The notes below the pieces were generated by a model. It had not been told where the DNA came from. It worked only from the letters and a program-made list of their open reading frames with translations, and searched no databases. A stretch of 62,591 bases of DNA, counting the filler, from Platydemus manokwari (lineage: Eukaryota), in the NCBI GenBank assembly GCA_037951405.1. It is 6 parts of 6 records of this genome, joined end to end, with 100 filler letters (N's around TTAATTAATTAA, not from the genome) between each part and the next. Parts side by side here need not be neighbours in the genome. Positions count along the whole stretch, not along the records: positions 12,063 to 23,334 come from JBBMOY010804425.1; positions 23,435 to 34,099 come from JBBMOY011114775.1; 4 more parts are not named here. One strand, 5' to 3'. Positions 12,063-26,394 of this stretch are shown here, in pieces (the stretch's first letter is position 1; each line of letters opens with the position of its first letter). The translations under genes were made by a program, and so were the position numbers.

Positions 12063-14697
12063 ACTGTGAGGTGCTATAATGATAGGAATGATGAAGTTTT
12101 AGAAATCTCTTATGAATGTGCACATAGAAGCCCATATATTTTTAATTTAGGTTCTAAGTAAATGAGTTTCAAACTAGAACTTTTATATGGAAATAAATGT
12201 AAAATATGATTTTAAAATAATTAAAGTTACTTGATAGATGAGTTTAAAATAATATCCAATCAGCACTAGAAATAATATTGCACAACGGTAATTGGATCAA
12301 AATTATTCTTTGAAAGACAGTGAGATAAAACATTTTTTTGGAATTGATTATTAATTCTTCGTCTTCGTAAGGTACAATGATAAAACGGTTTGTGAATTAA
12401 CGTTTAAAGAATTCGATAGTGTGTCGAAACTATTTCGTAATAGATTGCTTTATTTTGTTCTTATAATCTAGTCTCTAATCCTTTGTTTTATTTTCTGTTC
12501 AATTATTAGAATTAATTAACGCTGTTTTTACTAGTCTATTTTCATAACTGCCCTATTTAGTAATTAGTTCATTTAAATTATATATTTGAATTTCTTTTAT
12601 TCTATGCTTAGTTTATTATTTTTATATTTTTATTTTTGGGTGAATTAATATTCTGAAAAAATATATTAATTATTATGACTATTATTATTTAAAGGGCTGT
12701 ACCAAACAATCACACTGAACCTCAAGTCAAATAAATGGTTCACTGATGTATTCAAACCTACTTTATATAATTAAATTATTCCTTGTGTGAAGAAAGCACC
12801 TATTGTGATTGAGTTTTGGTTTCATATCAAAATTTCTTTTCCACTAAAAAGTATTATTATTAATATTGAAAACAATATTAATATGAAAGTAATAAAATGA
12901 AGATAATAGTAATTGCTAGCAGTTGCTATTTCATTAAATGCAAATTGAAAATTAATTTAATATGTTTAATCCAAAAATATATTTTGTAACAATATTCAAA
13001 CCCATTGTTTAATTTTCAATGTAAGTATATATTTTTTTATTTAAAATGATCATTTAAAAACTGTGTCATTGATAATAATGATAATAATATTTAAAAATTT
13101 TAGTGAAATAAAAAATATGAAATCGATTTAAACCACACTGGATTTTATATAGAAAATAGCTGAAGAGGACTTGATCAAAGAATTCAGATCGAATTTGAAT
13201 ATAAAATCAATTTGAACAAAATAATCATGAATACTGGAAAATTTGGGTAATAAATGATAAGAAATAAAGGAATAATGATTACGATTTTGGTTTTACTTTA
13301 TTAAATGGAAAATAAAATAACATTTATAACATTGAATATGCAAAATAAACTATCAAGATTGTTCACCTGTATGATTATATAAATGATAGGAAACCGAAGA
13401 ATTCTGAACCAGATTACCGCCATAAACTCGTACAGATTTTGGTAAAACTTGAAATATTGAGTTCTAAGTCAATAAATTTATATTATTATTAAATTACCAA
13501 AAAGTATTTAAATAATTAAACAGGTTTTAATTATTAATCAATCCAACAAAGATAAGATCAAGATGTTAAAGTCAGTAGATAACAGTTTGTTCTTGTCACT
13601 CACTAATTCGTATCAGTGTGATGTTATTTAGAGTTCGTGAGGTCCAGTTGATTAATATATGAGTTTAATAGTTTATTATTAAAAAACGAAAGCATCATAC
13701 AGAGCAAGCAAAGATTATACATGGTTAAACATAAATTCGAAGAGTAGTCGTATTTTTGTTAGCGTTGAATTAGTAGTTATTTTCTGTAAATGTAAAACTT
13801 TAAATAAAAGTTGAAAATTATCAAAGGCTTCGTTGCATAAAATAATTTTTCATTTTGATTTTCGATTGTTATTTAGTTAGTTTTGGAATTACAAGGTTTG
13901 TAAGATTTTTCTAATAGTTGGTAAGTCAAAAATATTTTAAGAGACAAATAAAATTAATAATTGATCAATATTTTGAATGTGATTTGATAACAGCGAAAAT
14001 AAAAAGTAATAAGAATTAAAGTGTTAATAAAATTGGTATAGAAAAAGATTTTATATAATATTTTTGATTAACAACTTTATATCACCGTCGGTCAATGCTT
14101 GCCGTGAAATTAAATTCAAAATTGTTTGCAAAAAATGATTTCACACTTAATGATAATTGGAGAAAATTGTAATATGGTTTGGTTTATGATAAATCTTTTT
14201 CCTTTGTTAATTTTGTATGCATAATTCGAATGTGGATATTTTTAGCCGATTCATTAGATTCCAATCATTGTTTTAATGAATTCAATGATTTTCATAGTTA
14301 TTTTAATTTGTATGATGAAGTTCTGACATAGTTTTATAGAATACAGATGACCTGTGTGTTAAAACTCAGCGATACGTATCTTAGTTTTGATTAATCTAAA
14401 CGAAAAAAATAGGACGGTTAGAAAATGGTGGTGTACATAAATTTCTCTTTAAGCATCTTACAAGCATTCACAAAAGCAAATTACAAGTACTCATTAAACA
14501 AGTAATAAAGCGTATAAGCAGCTTCTATTTTATAAAACACGCATTGAAAACGAACTGAAAAGTGATAGCACTAAAAACTACAATTATGTAAACAAATTAA
14601 AAATTTTTAGACATAAAATAGGATTATAAAATCTTTTAAATTCATTTTTTAAAAACCGTCATCATTTCTTATACTTTTACAAGCATAATGAACAAAT

Positions 14698-15820
14698 GAT
14701 GATCCTTCTACAAATTTACGTATATAAACCTTGTCACAACTTTTACTTCATCTAAATATTCAAGTTTCGGTGTTCTTTTCCCAAACACAAAAATGCTGCC
14801 ACATCTTAGTCCAGAATCCAACAATTTGATTAAACCATTTAATCGGTGCACAAATGAAAGAGATGATTTGTATTCACTTGAAATTCCTCGTTCAAGTGGA
14901 GAAATTTTAAACCACTATTCCGTATACGGCAATGTTTTAACAAATTGAACTAATATTTCTAACAGGAAATGAGAGCTGTTATTGCTCAATTTCGTTTAGT
15001 TAAACAGTGTTAATAACATTAAAAAGAAGTAATTACTTTTTGAACACAAATATACTAGTTAGCAAGTTAGTGTCCCGTCCATCATCGCTATTAACTAGAT
15101 AAATCGCTCTGCAAACTAACAGAGCTCATGTACTACCACGTACCAAATATTAAGAGTTATCAATCTTTCAATCCTCTCATTACTAGAACTGAGTGAGATT
15201 CTGAATATTGAGTTAAATTAAGAAGCAAGCTCTACACCTGTTTTACTCTTCCGACAATTCCTTTAAGTTTCAATTTTGCAACCATACTTCCGCGGAATTC
15301 ATAGACTTAGGTTCCTTGATAGACTCTAGCAAGGATAAATGATATTACCATAACTAAATGTCCTTCTCAATCGTTGAAAACGTTCTTGGTAAATGCTATC
15401 TCAGTAGTTTGTCATCTGACGATCCAAGAATTTCATCAATAACATAGACTTCCAGTAGTCTCTTTTGATCATTATAACGGTTTAGAAAATGAAAAAAACC
15501 GAAGTCATTTTTAATTATGCCCTACAGCAATATACAAGCAAAAGTCTGTTTTGAACAAGCTAATTTTTTCAACATAAACTTTTGCGTTTCTAACGATATA
15601 CAATAAAGCACCTTAATTATAAAGAAGGCGTTAAAGAAGAAAATGTTAATCAATTATAGATTTCTAATCATTTTGTTTCTCTAATTTCAATTACAAGATT
15701 ATTGACATCAACGACTTTAATATAAACGATTGAAGCTGGAGAAATCGTAACTGATGGCAATAAACATAGACATTGGAGAAGGTATTAAAGATCATCATTT
15801 TGATTAATTCCTTTAAAATA
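14698..15820 (-). pseudogene. Degenerate 18S (SSU) rRNA pseudogene fragment, roughly the 3' two-thirds
   Basis: Colinear decayed matches to the reverse complement of conserved 18S blocks: TGATCCTTCTACAAATTTACGTATATAAACCTTGTCACAACTTTTACTTCATCTAAAT (3' end, about 14700); CTGTTATTGCTCAATTTCGT (about 14975); CCGACAATTCCTTTAAGTTTCAATTTTGCAACCATACTTCC (15251); TCTTGGTAAATGCT and TCCAAGAATTTCA (about 15385-15435); CAACGACTTTAATATA...GAAGCTGGAG (about 15710-15740). Confidence 0.9.
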
Positions 15821-17164
15821 CTCAATTATAATCAAAGCAATACATATGTAATATTAGAAAAGAATTAAGAAATTTAATCAAAAGATGCTTACGTTTGATA
15901 CATTTGATACAGAAATCTGGAATTTGTAAGATGTCATTCCAAATCGGGGTGTCATACTGTCCATATCAATAAATATTAAAATGACATTAATATTCGGAAC
16001 AAATTTCACAGAGCTGTCATTACCATTCTTATTCTTAATGAAATTAATAATGAAACCGAGAAATTCTCATCACAAAATTTGCAGAATAAATTTATCGATA
16101 AAATGTTTACAAATTTGACTTTTACGAAATAGTAATTTTGATTAAAATTTACTTTTAAAAATGTAATATGTTTTGGATTTACTTTAATAATAAAAATATG
16201 TGATCAAAAATATTCCTGATATTGATTATTAAAGGATAATATGAACTGTAATACACAGTGAAAGTTTCATATGTCTATCTTTAGTTTACACCATAAAAAC
16301 ATTTTATCCGATGTAAAATTTTAAAAATAAAACTCACTTTAAAAATAATTTTCAAATTGTAATTATTATCATCATCAATATTTAGAAACTTCTTATTAAA
16401 AATATAAACCTATTAAATACGTATTAAGCATATAATTCATTTAGAATATCATACTTTTGATAAACTAGTAAAGTTTGGAGAACGAGAAATGTCCTGCATT
16501 AAAATCAATTAATCGATTTAGAAAATTTTAATAAAATTTTCAATGAATTATTTAATTGAAACAGATTCATAAGCTTAATTGAAATTTATTTTGAAATTAT
16601 TTGAAAAATTAATCGCAGCAAATCGAAGATCTCAAACATTTGATTATGATCTGTTAAAGTTTCACATCAAATTCAAAGTCTTCATTATTTTTTTAAAATG
16701 GAACTGTTCAATATATAACACAAGAAAGTCATTATCAGAGTCTTTCTTCTATACTTTTTATTTTGGTTGAGAAAATAATATCGGATATTATTGTCATCTA
16801 GTGTACATCAATCGATTGGCTATTTTCCATGTCTCAATCATATTATTAATTATCAGATAAATAAAGAAAGATTTTTGATGATGTAGTATCACGAACTTTT
16901 GATATACTTTCGTCTGCAGATTCAAAAAGCATTAAATTAATTGTTATAACTACTATGTTGTTGTATCAGATTGTTTATAGAGCGGAACAAAAGCACATCA
17001 TCCGTAAACTGTATTAATGATAAATTCATTCCACCATAAAAGAGGAAGAAAATTATTGAATATAAAAACCAAGCCAAACGGTCGGAAGTTTTTTAAAAGT
17101 CAGCGACGTAAGTGGAAATCAATTCAGAATGTATGAAGTATAATCTACCGAAGAAGCTACAGCA

Positions 17165-18640
17165 CTAACACTTCCTCTTTGTATAAGGAGTTTGAAAAGC
17201 ATTTGCCATGAAATCCTGATTTCAAAAACATCATATACATAAATCATTTTATAAAATGAAAATTTTCAATTATCATTAACAAAAGTATACCAGAGATGAT
17301 TGATAACGTTTATAAAATATCTGACAATGTGGAATTAGTGGAAAGTTATATTCAAGGCATATTAAATATATCCGATCAAAATTAGCACTTCTAATCAGAC
17401 AAACAAATTTACTATATTACTTACTAATGCGAAAACTATTATATACAAATATGGGACAATCAATTGGCCCAAATTGTAACTCTGTTTGATATGCAAGCCA
17501 TATTTTATGATAAAAAATATTAAAATCAATACGATTTTAAGTATCAGATGAAAGTCACAAAATTTTCGCATATGAAAAATAAATAAATAAAGATCAAAAC
17601 AATTAAAAAATTCATCTTGAATATGAAATATATATAAACAAATTAAAAATAATTTACATCGCTTGGATCTATTTCATGAAAATGTTGATTATAAATAACA
17701 TTGAACAATGATCGAATGTTGAATGTTAGCACTGTGCTATTACTGGAGTCCTAAAAATAAATAATGCATTATTCATTACTAAATGATATCGTCTCTTGAA
17801 TATTATTATTTAATAATCATTATAAAATAAGCAGCCATAAGCGTATTATTGTAAGTTCAAAAATTAATTAACGGATATCTTATGTGTGTTCCATTAGTTA
17901 TTATTCCCGCTTTATTTAGTATGGTATTTAGTATGTAAACCAATATGAAGTGGACTTCAAAATTATTTAGATTAATTTAACTAGTAAACGCATCAGATAA
18001 ACAAATCAAATAAAACACAAATAGATCTTTTATTCTTTGATTTAAATAATTAATAAAATAAAAGTCGTATAATATAATTATGAATTTAAAATAATTTTTG
18101 AATTAGATACTTAGAAAATAATTAAGATTTCTGATGAAATTTTCTTACTTCAGTTGTGTTTGTAATGTGATTTGGTAATTTGGAAAGAATCCACCTTTCT
18201 ACATTGGTATTGCTATTATGAATATTTATGGTTGGTTTGAAAATTTTTGGAACTACAGAGTTACACGATATTGGAAATTGAATTATATTACTGTTTTCTA
18301 CATTGTTATTAGAAAAAATCAAACCAATCAACTGTAATTTCCAAATATCAGAAGAAAGATATTTAGTATTATTAGTCCAAACTGATTGGAGGAATTTTTC
18401 AGATGTGTTGTGAAGCACGGTGAAGTTAAAATTCATCGACTCTAAAGATAATCACATAATTATTTAAAATTTATAATTATTAGACTTTTACTAATAAATT
18501 TTACAATACTTACCATTTTTAAAGTTTTCGTTTGTCCAAATGAACCCATGGTCAATTCTCACTAGGCATGAATTTTCATTTGCCAAGTCGATGGTTTTAA
18601 TTAAAATAAAACTGCAAAAAATGCTAAGAAACTTCAGCAT
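17165..18640 (-). CDS. Putative 4-exon orphan secreted glycoprotein (about 187 aa)
   Basis: Phase-consistent GT-AG exons 18640-18514 (MLKFLSIFCSFILIKTIDLA..., signal-peptide-like), 18441-18149, 17750-17658 and 17215-17165 (ends TAG). Several N-X-S/T sequons (NFT, NTS, NNT, NTT, NST). No recognisable domain; the last exon is the least certain. Confidence 0.5.
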
Positions 18641-21161
18641 GTTTATGAAAAATGTAAGTATTCGATTGCGATAGATATCGAAGCGATTTAATGATCGTCA
18701 GGATGATTTGTTTTCATCCGAAAACAAAAGAAAGATTATCATTGATTTGATCCAAGTACCAAAATGTAAACACAACACCATTCGGTATCAACCATTTTGC
18801 ATTTGTGTATGTCAAAGAGATAGAAATCTAGAATTCATTAATAATGCTATCGAATTTTATTTATTTCGTGTTCATAAATCGTTATTTGTATGTTGTAATC
18901 AATAAATTTATAACAAATCACACAATTAGCCGGACTTTATGTAAACGAGATAAATTACCATAATTAATTTCTTCTAAAAGTACTAATGATTTTCTCAAAT
19001 AATAAAATTTCAAAAACCATAATAAAAATTTCAGCTAAGTTAAATTATTATTTGAATTATTATTCGAACTATTATCAATGAAAATTACTAATTTAATTAC
19101 TAAATTTACTAAATAATTACTAATTTAATGTATAAATTTTAGCCAGTAAGAATATTTTTAAATAAGATAAATTATGAATGGAATTTAGTAAATTGTTTAA
19201 AAATAATATAATAAAATAATGATCACATTTCTGAGGTTTCGAATTTGTCAGGAACAATCGTATTTTTGTCTTGAATTGCAGATATTTATAAAAATAGCTA
19301 AGAATTAAAGAGAAATAAATCAAATGATCCAAAATCATATCATTATAAACTTCAAAGAACTATAAATGTCGAATTAAAACTCATAATAAAAACAAAGCTT
19401 CTGATAAAGTAATTCCGAGCGGATTGGAAACTAAGCTGCTATTTTAATATGAATTAATAAAAATATAATTAATATAATTGAATATATATATATATAATTT
19501 GCTATCTGCAAAATAATATAATAATTTTCACAAACATTCTACATTTATCATTAAAGGCATTTTTGTCCAATAATGAGTGTCGAAGCTCGTATTTTAATCT
19601 TTTAACTAATTATAATTATTAATTAAAAATTCTTTATAATTTTGGAAATTTATAAAATTTTATTTATAAATTTTATTTTACTTAATTCTTTGTGGGAATC
19701 TGATAGAATCAATATTGATATTTGGTGAACTCAATAAACTGAATATAATATTTTCATTTGATAATTTCTTTAATCACAATTTTTCCAAAATGGTCGATAA
19801 ATTGTAAGCATAAAGAGTGAGAATCATGGGTAGAAAGCACTGAAAGCTGTTACTAATAAAGGGAGACTCTGGTATTTTTGCCAGTTGTTAGAATAAATCG
19901 GTAAATCAATAGGGAGAAGATCTTATTGAATTTATCTATTTTATGAATCATTATTTTATGTTTGATTCATAGCTCGAATAATCGGAGAATTATATATTAT
20001 ATCTAAATGATTCTTCCAAAAGGTGTTACCACAATTTCTGAATATTTAAGATAGATATTCAGTTTCTTTTCGAATATGGTTGCAATTATTGTTACTTTAT
20101 TTTCTCATATTTACCACCTGATATTTATTCCTTCTACGATAATTCTATTAATTTACAAGAAGCTTGGTGGCGCAGAGCAGCACAACATTTGTCTATTGTA
20201 TTTGGTTATTGTATTAATGCGAATATACAACAATATTATCAGCATACCCTTAGAAGATGCCATGATAGAAAAGTTGTGATCAAAATTTGTATAGCATTCT
20301 CATTTAAATAATTTAGTTTATTGTTAATAAATATTTTAAAATATAATTTATTAATAATATCAAAATAATTGTTGGGTTTACTTGGTGTAAATCACAACAA
20401 CATTTGTTAACTTAATAATCTGATTCAAAAAGACAAAGAGTTGATAACTAAGCTTTGTTTTATATCACAATATACAAATTTATACACGAGGGCTCATTCC
20501 TTAAATAAATTTTATCAAATTAATGAGAAAAATTCAATCGAGTCTATTCACAAATACTGGTCAAGTATCTACACCTGACATTTACCACCACGTTCGTGAA
20601 TACTTTTATGATACTACCAATATTTACCATCCTTCAAAAATAACTATCACTATCACTCTTTTGCGCTAATATGAAATAATGATAATGATATTCGTAAATG
20701 CTTTTACGAACAGATTTTGAAATGTATAATTAATAATCACCTGACTATAAGAATTCTTCTATTATAACTTTAATGGTAATCTGCAACTGACTGTCATGCC
20801 TTTTAGTACTGTTTCAATGGCAACACTGTGCAGCAATTTATCCCTTATTGGTTTGACATTTATAAGATGCCAAGACAATAATTGTCAGCATTTTCCTAAT
20901 TATTTACCAAATATATATTTCAATTTAAATAAACAAATTGTGTTTGTTTAATTATTTTATTTAATTTTATTATTATTTTGTTTTAATACTTATTTTTCGT
21001 CATTATTATTTTATCTTAACAATGTCTATTTTTTAACTCTAAAAATATCAAGTTCGATTTTTATTAGTCCATTTTAACAAATTTTTTATTATTTTATTTT
21101 TTATTTATAATTTCATTAGTTGGACTCTTGAATAATATTAAAAATAACAATGACAACAACG

Positions 21162-21190
21162 ATAATAATAATAATAATAATAATAATAAT
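21162..21190. repeat. (AAT)n microsatellite
   Basis: Run of ataata. Confidence 0.9.
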
Positions 21191-23334
21191 GTGCTTATAA
21201 TAGTAGTAGTATTATGAATGAGAATAATGGTATTAATAATAACCATAATAATATTAGTATTGTAAACCTGAATAAAATTATTGTAATAAACTAATGGCTA
21301 ATGTGAAAATTGAATATCGATTATAAAGTAAATAATAGTTAATACAATCATATCGATTTAAGAGTATCGAGTGTTAAAGTTAAGAGTCGTTAATAAAATC
21401 ATTCGACGATCTGAGTTAAGTGCACGGAATTAATTTGCTAAAATTATTGTTAGCTAGGAAGTAAAATTACTGATGGAACCATGCCCAATAATATAACCAG
21501 AAATTTAATAAAACAAAAATAAATAAAATTTTAAAGGTGTCCTAATGATATTACTAAAATCGGAAATTATTTTTTTAAATACAAAAATTATTATTTCCAA
21601 TGTTTGCTGTTAAAAATAGAAGCATGCGATTATAATTGCTAATAGCGGTTATGTTTATGAAAGCATTAGATGTATTAACATTAAAGAGCAAGTGAAACCA
21701 CAAATCGTTGGAGTTTGTTAAGGAGATGGTATAAAATGAATTAGCAAAACACTCAATTTTCCATTTCAAGACAAACGAAGAATAAAGGTAAAATGTTTTT
21801 GTTTCCTATTTTTTGTGGTAATCATAACCAATGATGTTGTCGTTTAGGGTATAGTAAAGGTATAATAGTATTATATTGTACAGTAAGGTATTGAAGTAAA
21901 AGTTGACTTAAAGTAGATTCTGTTGTCAATAGTATGCGAAGAGATATGAGACTTCTAATCTATGTTTTGGTAATAGATTATTAACAGGTTTCATTCCTAA
22001 CAATTGTTGTTATATGCAGGCCTAATCGTTGTTTGCTTGTGTATTTTTAATAATAAACCATTATTAATTAGATTAATTCGTGATTTTTAATTAATAATCG
22101 GAATCAGATAAATTCAGACCCAGTTAGTTTATAGCTAAAGTTAGCCCTAACAAGATCGATGTCGTTAGAAAATTTTTAAAAAATTAAAATAATAAGAAAT
22201 TGCCTTATCAGTATCGGCTTTTTAATCGAAAAAAAGGAATAAATTTTCAAACCGGATTTTGGTCTTGGACTGACATCCCAGTGTCTCGGGTTTAAGACCA
22301 GAAAAAGTAAACAAATTATATTTCACACTTAAATGTTAATGATAAATCATATAAACGCACATTATAAACATATAACAACCCTTAAATTAATAAAACACAT
22401 TTAATCAAATGTTTTGTATTCTCAAGATATGAGTTTACAATTAAAATTATTCGCATGAAATTAATTCAAGAAAAACTGGAGTTTCAAGGCAATGATGTTT
22501 GGATTTCACATAAAATCAATATACGAGAGTTCTCAAATTTGGAAATTAGGCATTAATAAAAAACTAAAACATAAAGTAAGATTATGTTTAGAAACCTCAT
22601 ATGTTCTCTTGCGACCAGTGTAGCTGTCAGTTTATATTTTTTATTTGTCTAATTCACAGTAAGTGCAGTTTTAGGTAGTTGGTAATAGCAGAAATTGTAT
22701 CAGTTACCGAGAGTTTATTATTATCCAGGCGTTTCTATTCTAGTAAATCGACAAAAGTGATTGGATAATAATTCAGATTTCACTCCATTGACCTTTTACA
22801 TATTGTTATACTAAATTTATACGGAAGGATTGTGTGTGTCAGTGAGAACCTTTTATATAGTAAATATTAATTATAATAATAACAATAAAGATAATAATTT
22901 TTTAATAATAATAATGATTATAATGATATTATTGATAATAGTAGTAATAATAATATTAATGAAAATAATAATATGAAAATTAATAAAAACAAAATTTAAT
23001 TAGTACTGAATAATTAAATCGTATTATTAGTTGAGAAAACTCTTCAAAAGCAAATCAAAATTCATAATTAATCCAGGTCATTAAAACAAAATCAGGAAAT
23101 TCAACAAATATATCAGACACACTGTCTACTATATATAATCGTTTAATAAATATCGCATTTATTCATGGTTGTATTACGTATAAATCCAATCTGCTCTACT
23201 GTCTAACATGCGATTTCCAGATCGTATTTCTTTTTTGAAAAAACGAATTGCTTTTCTCTTCTCTTCTCAGTAAATGATTGCATTCGAATTCTTACAAGAC
23301 ATGTCAATCCATTTCAACCAAAATCTGGAGCAAT

Positions 23335-23434
23335 NNNNNNNNNNNNNNNNNNNNNNNNNNNNNNNNNNNNNNNNNNNNTTAATTAATTAANNNNNNNNNN
23401 NNNNNNNNNNNNNNNNNNNNNNNNNNNNNNNNNN
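23335..23434. other. Artificial contig linker
   Basis: N44-TTAATTAATTAA-N44. Confidence 0.97.
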
Positions 23435-24243
23435 TTGTTTTAAATAAATTTATGTACAACAAATTTTTATTTCCAATTTTGTCCGCGAACTTTATTTACA
23501 ACCTAATATTTACTACTTAATCCTTAATTTTCATTTATCGATGCGCCTTGATTTGGCATGTATTTCTGAACATGAATTATCAATGTTTTTTTCATTTTGT
23601 TTATTTAACGAAAAATAAAATATCAATAACTATGACTTTGAAATTCAATGAAATTATGTAACCTTCATATTTAAATTAAAAGAATTTAATAATTTTTCAT
23701 GACTATGTAACGGAGAAAAATATCTGCTTATTACAAAAAAGAAGTCATAATAATTGTAATAATATTTGTCCATCACAAAATTGGTATGATTTACCAAATA
23801 ATTCAGTTAGGATTAATTCAAATTTTTTCTAAATTAAATAACAGAGATAAAGATTCAATAAATCCTGCTTTATTTCCGAACATTATATATAAAATGAAGA
23901 TTTTACCTTTCCTGTAAATAAACAATAGAATGAGAAATATAAATAAATATCTATATAGCTTTCGATAAAGATGGAGGTCGAAATCTTGCTGACGTGTTTA
24001 CAATCTATGAAGAAGAATAAAAACTTAAATTCTAATTCAAAAAGGGAACTTTTGATATAAAAAAATAAATTAGAAAAATTTATTTCCTTTAAAAATATAA
24101 TAAATACGGAAGCTGAGGCAAATCAATATTCTAAAATTTTGTTGAATCGAGGTATCAGTGAATTTGATTAACCTTTATATATATAACCTTTATATATATT
24201 TCTATTGTTTTTTTTGTAACTTTACAGCCAACATTACTCAATG

Positions 24244-25185
24244 ATATTATTACCAACTTCTAGGGGCATAGAGTCACAAAAAATCAGCATTATGTACATT
24301 GAATATGTTCATGATATCTATAGGTTTTTATCTAGCTTATGTTAGAAATGTCTTAGTACTGCTATTGATTCTTTTATAATAATGTACATCTAATGTACTA
24401 CTTGATATCTATTATCCAATGTTGGAGACATAAAAGCATATCAATGTGACTCATTATTTGTAAAGAATTATTCCATTTTATCCGTCTAATTTATGAAAAA
24501 TTACATAAGATACCCTTCACCATTTGACCAAGTAAACGAACGAAATAAAAGTATGAAAAAATTGTAAAGAATTCATCTTGAATATGTTTTGCAGCAATGC
24601 CTATTGTTTCTAAAGAAACATTGACAAAGCTAGATCAATATTATTGATAACCAAAGAACACATTTTCAGTGTGACTTGTTAAATTTTCTTTGTCAGTAAA
24701 AATTTTTTTTATAAAATTTTACTTATTCTTCCAAAGAAAATGATGACAATTCCTCTCTATTGTTACTGTTCAATATTATTACCAACTTATGTTAACATAA
24801 AACATCACAAAATATCAGCATTGTGTTTACTGAATATATCCCTGTTATCTATAGGATTTTATCTAGCTTATGGCAGAAACGTCTAGTAATGCTATTGTTT
24901 CGTTTATAATGATGCACATCTACTTTACCGCTCGATATCTATTATCCAATGATGGAGAGATGAAACCAAATCAATACGATCTATCATTTACAAGGAATCA
25001 TTCCATGAAAATGGTAAATTATCTGTCCAATTACATAAGATTTTCTTCAGTTTTTGTCTTAGTAAATGGTTTAAATAAAAGTATTGAAAAATTTGCAAAA
25101 AATTCGTCTGAAAATCTTTTACTGCAATGTCCAGACTTTCAGAAGAAATGTTGACAATACTATAACAAAATTAATGATAACCAGG
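24244..25185. repeat. Diverged direct duplication (about 410-bp units at about 24244-24655 and 24773-25185, period about 530 bp)
   Basis: Shared blocks ATATTATTACCAACTT, ATCTATAGG(T/A)TTTTATCTAGCTTATG, GATATCTATTATCCAATG(T/A)TGGAGA, ATTACATAAGAT and GATAACCA, in the same order and spacing. Confidence 0.88.
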
Positions 25186-26394
25186 TAATCAATTTTTCTA
25201 CGATTTTTAACAAATGTTTTATTCCTTTTTAAAGAAAATAATTGTAATTTTTTAATATCTCATTAATAAATTGCTGTAGAATAAATTATTACAAGTGATG
25301 AATAAATATAAATTATTTTAATACATCGAGAAGCATGAATGAAAATAATACTAGTACATTAGAACAAGTTGGAATAAGAATAATCCTATAATCCTATTTT
25401 AAGAATAAAGTAAAATACTAGTAGCTTTTAAAGGTGGACATTAAAGTGTTTATATTTCAACAAATAGTATTTTAATAAAATAAAATAAATTAAAATATAT
25501 AATTAAATAAAGAAAAAATTAGATACTCATAAAGAATTTTTGATATAACAAAGTACGTACTTCGAAAACATTTTTAGTTAAAGATTTCATAATAAAAATG
25601 GTGTGCAAATTAGATAAAGATATTTACAAAGTTTTCATGAAATAAAATCTTTGCCAATTTATTTATTTAATTTCTTTTAACACATTAAGTGTGATATTGT
25701 TTAAATGCATTTGTACTAATCAAAGAAAATGAACACGGTACAATAAAACTTGTATGAAATGAAAATAACGATAGTAATTTATTTATTTAAATTGGGGAGG
25801 TAAAACAAATTACATTACCATTTTGTTTTCATAACATGTATTTAATAATGATAATATAATGTTGATAATATTTTTGAAACTATTTATTATTCAAATAAAG
25901 TGTTATTTTGGAATGTATTCAATGTCATTATATTAATTAATTTATCTCCGACAAATATTTCAGCCGAATCTTGAAAGGCTTTCAATGCTTGTTAAGCTTT
26001 TTATAATTATTTCTAACGTACTGCAAAAAAGTAATGTTTATGTTATGAAATATTTTTTTATTGTCTGTCTGCTCAAATTGTTTTAATAAGCCGTCGTCCA
26101 ATCGTGCTAATACGTATTGGACGTGCTTTGAGATTTTCCCATACCTTAAAATATTGATTAATCGACGAACCTCCAAAGGAATACAACCAACACGCGTGGA
26201 ACACATTCCCCTACCAGTTCTCAACTGTACGCCAGGCAAGAACTCAAGGTCGGATGATGAAAATTATCCCTTCAAAAATCTTCAACAACTGGCCGACAGA
26301 TACGATGTAACAGCACAAGAAGAAATCATTACCATCCCACCCAGTCAAAGCCTATTAGATACAACGCAATACAGGATTCACCGAATACACCTTA

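Noticed and set aside
14340-14600. 5.8S rRNA remnant downstream of the 18S pseudogene
   Set aside because: No conserved 5.8S block is recognisable, and the notable motif here matches the 47025/47458 repeat instead.
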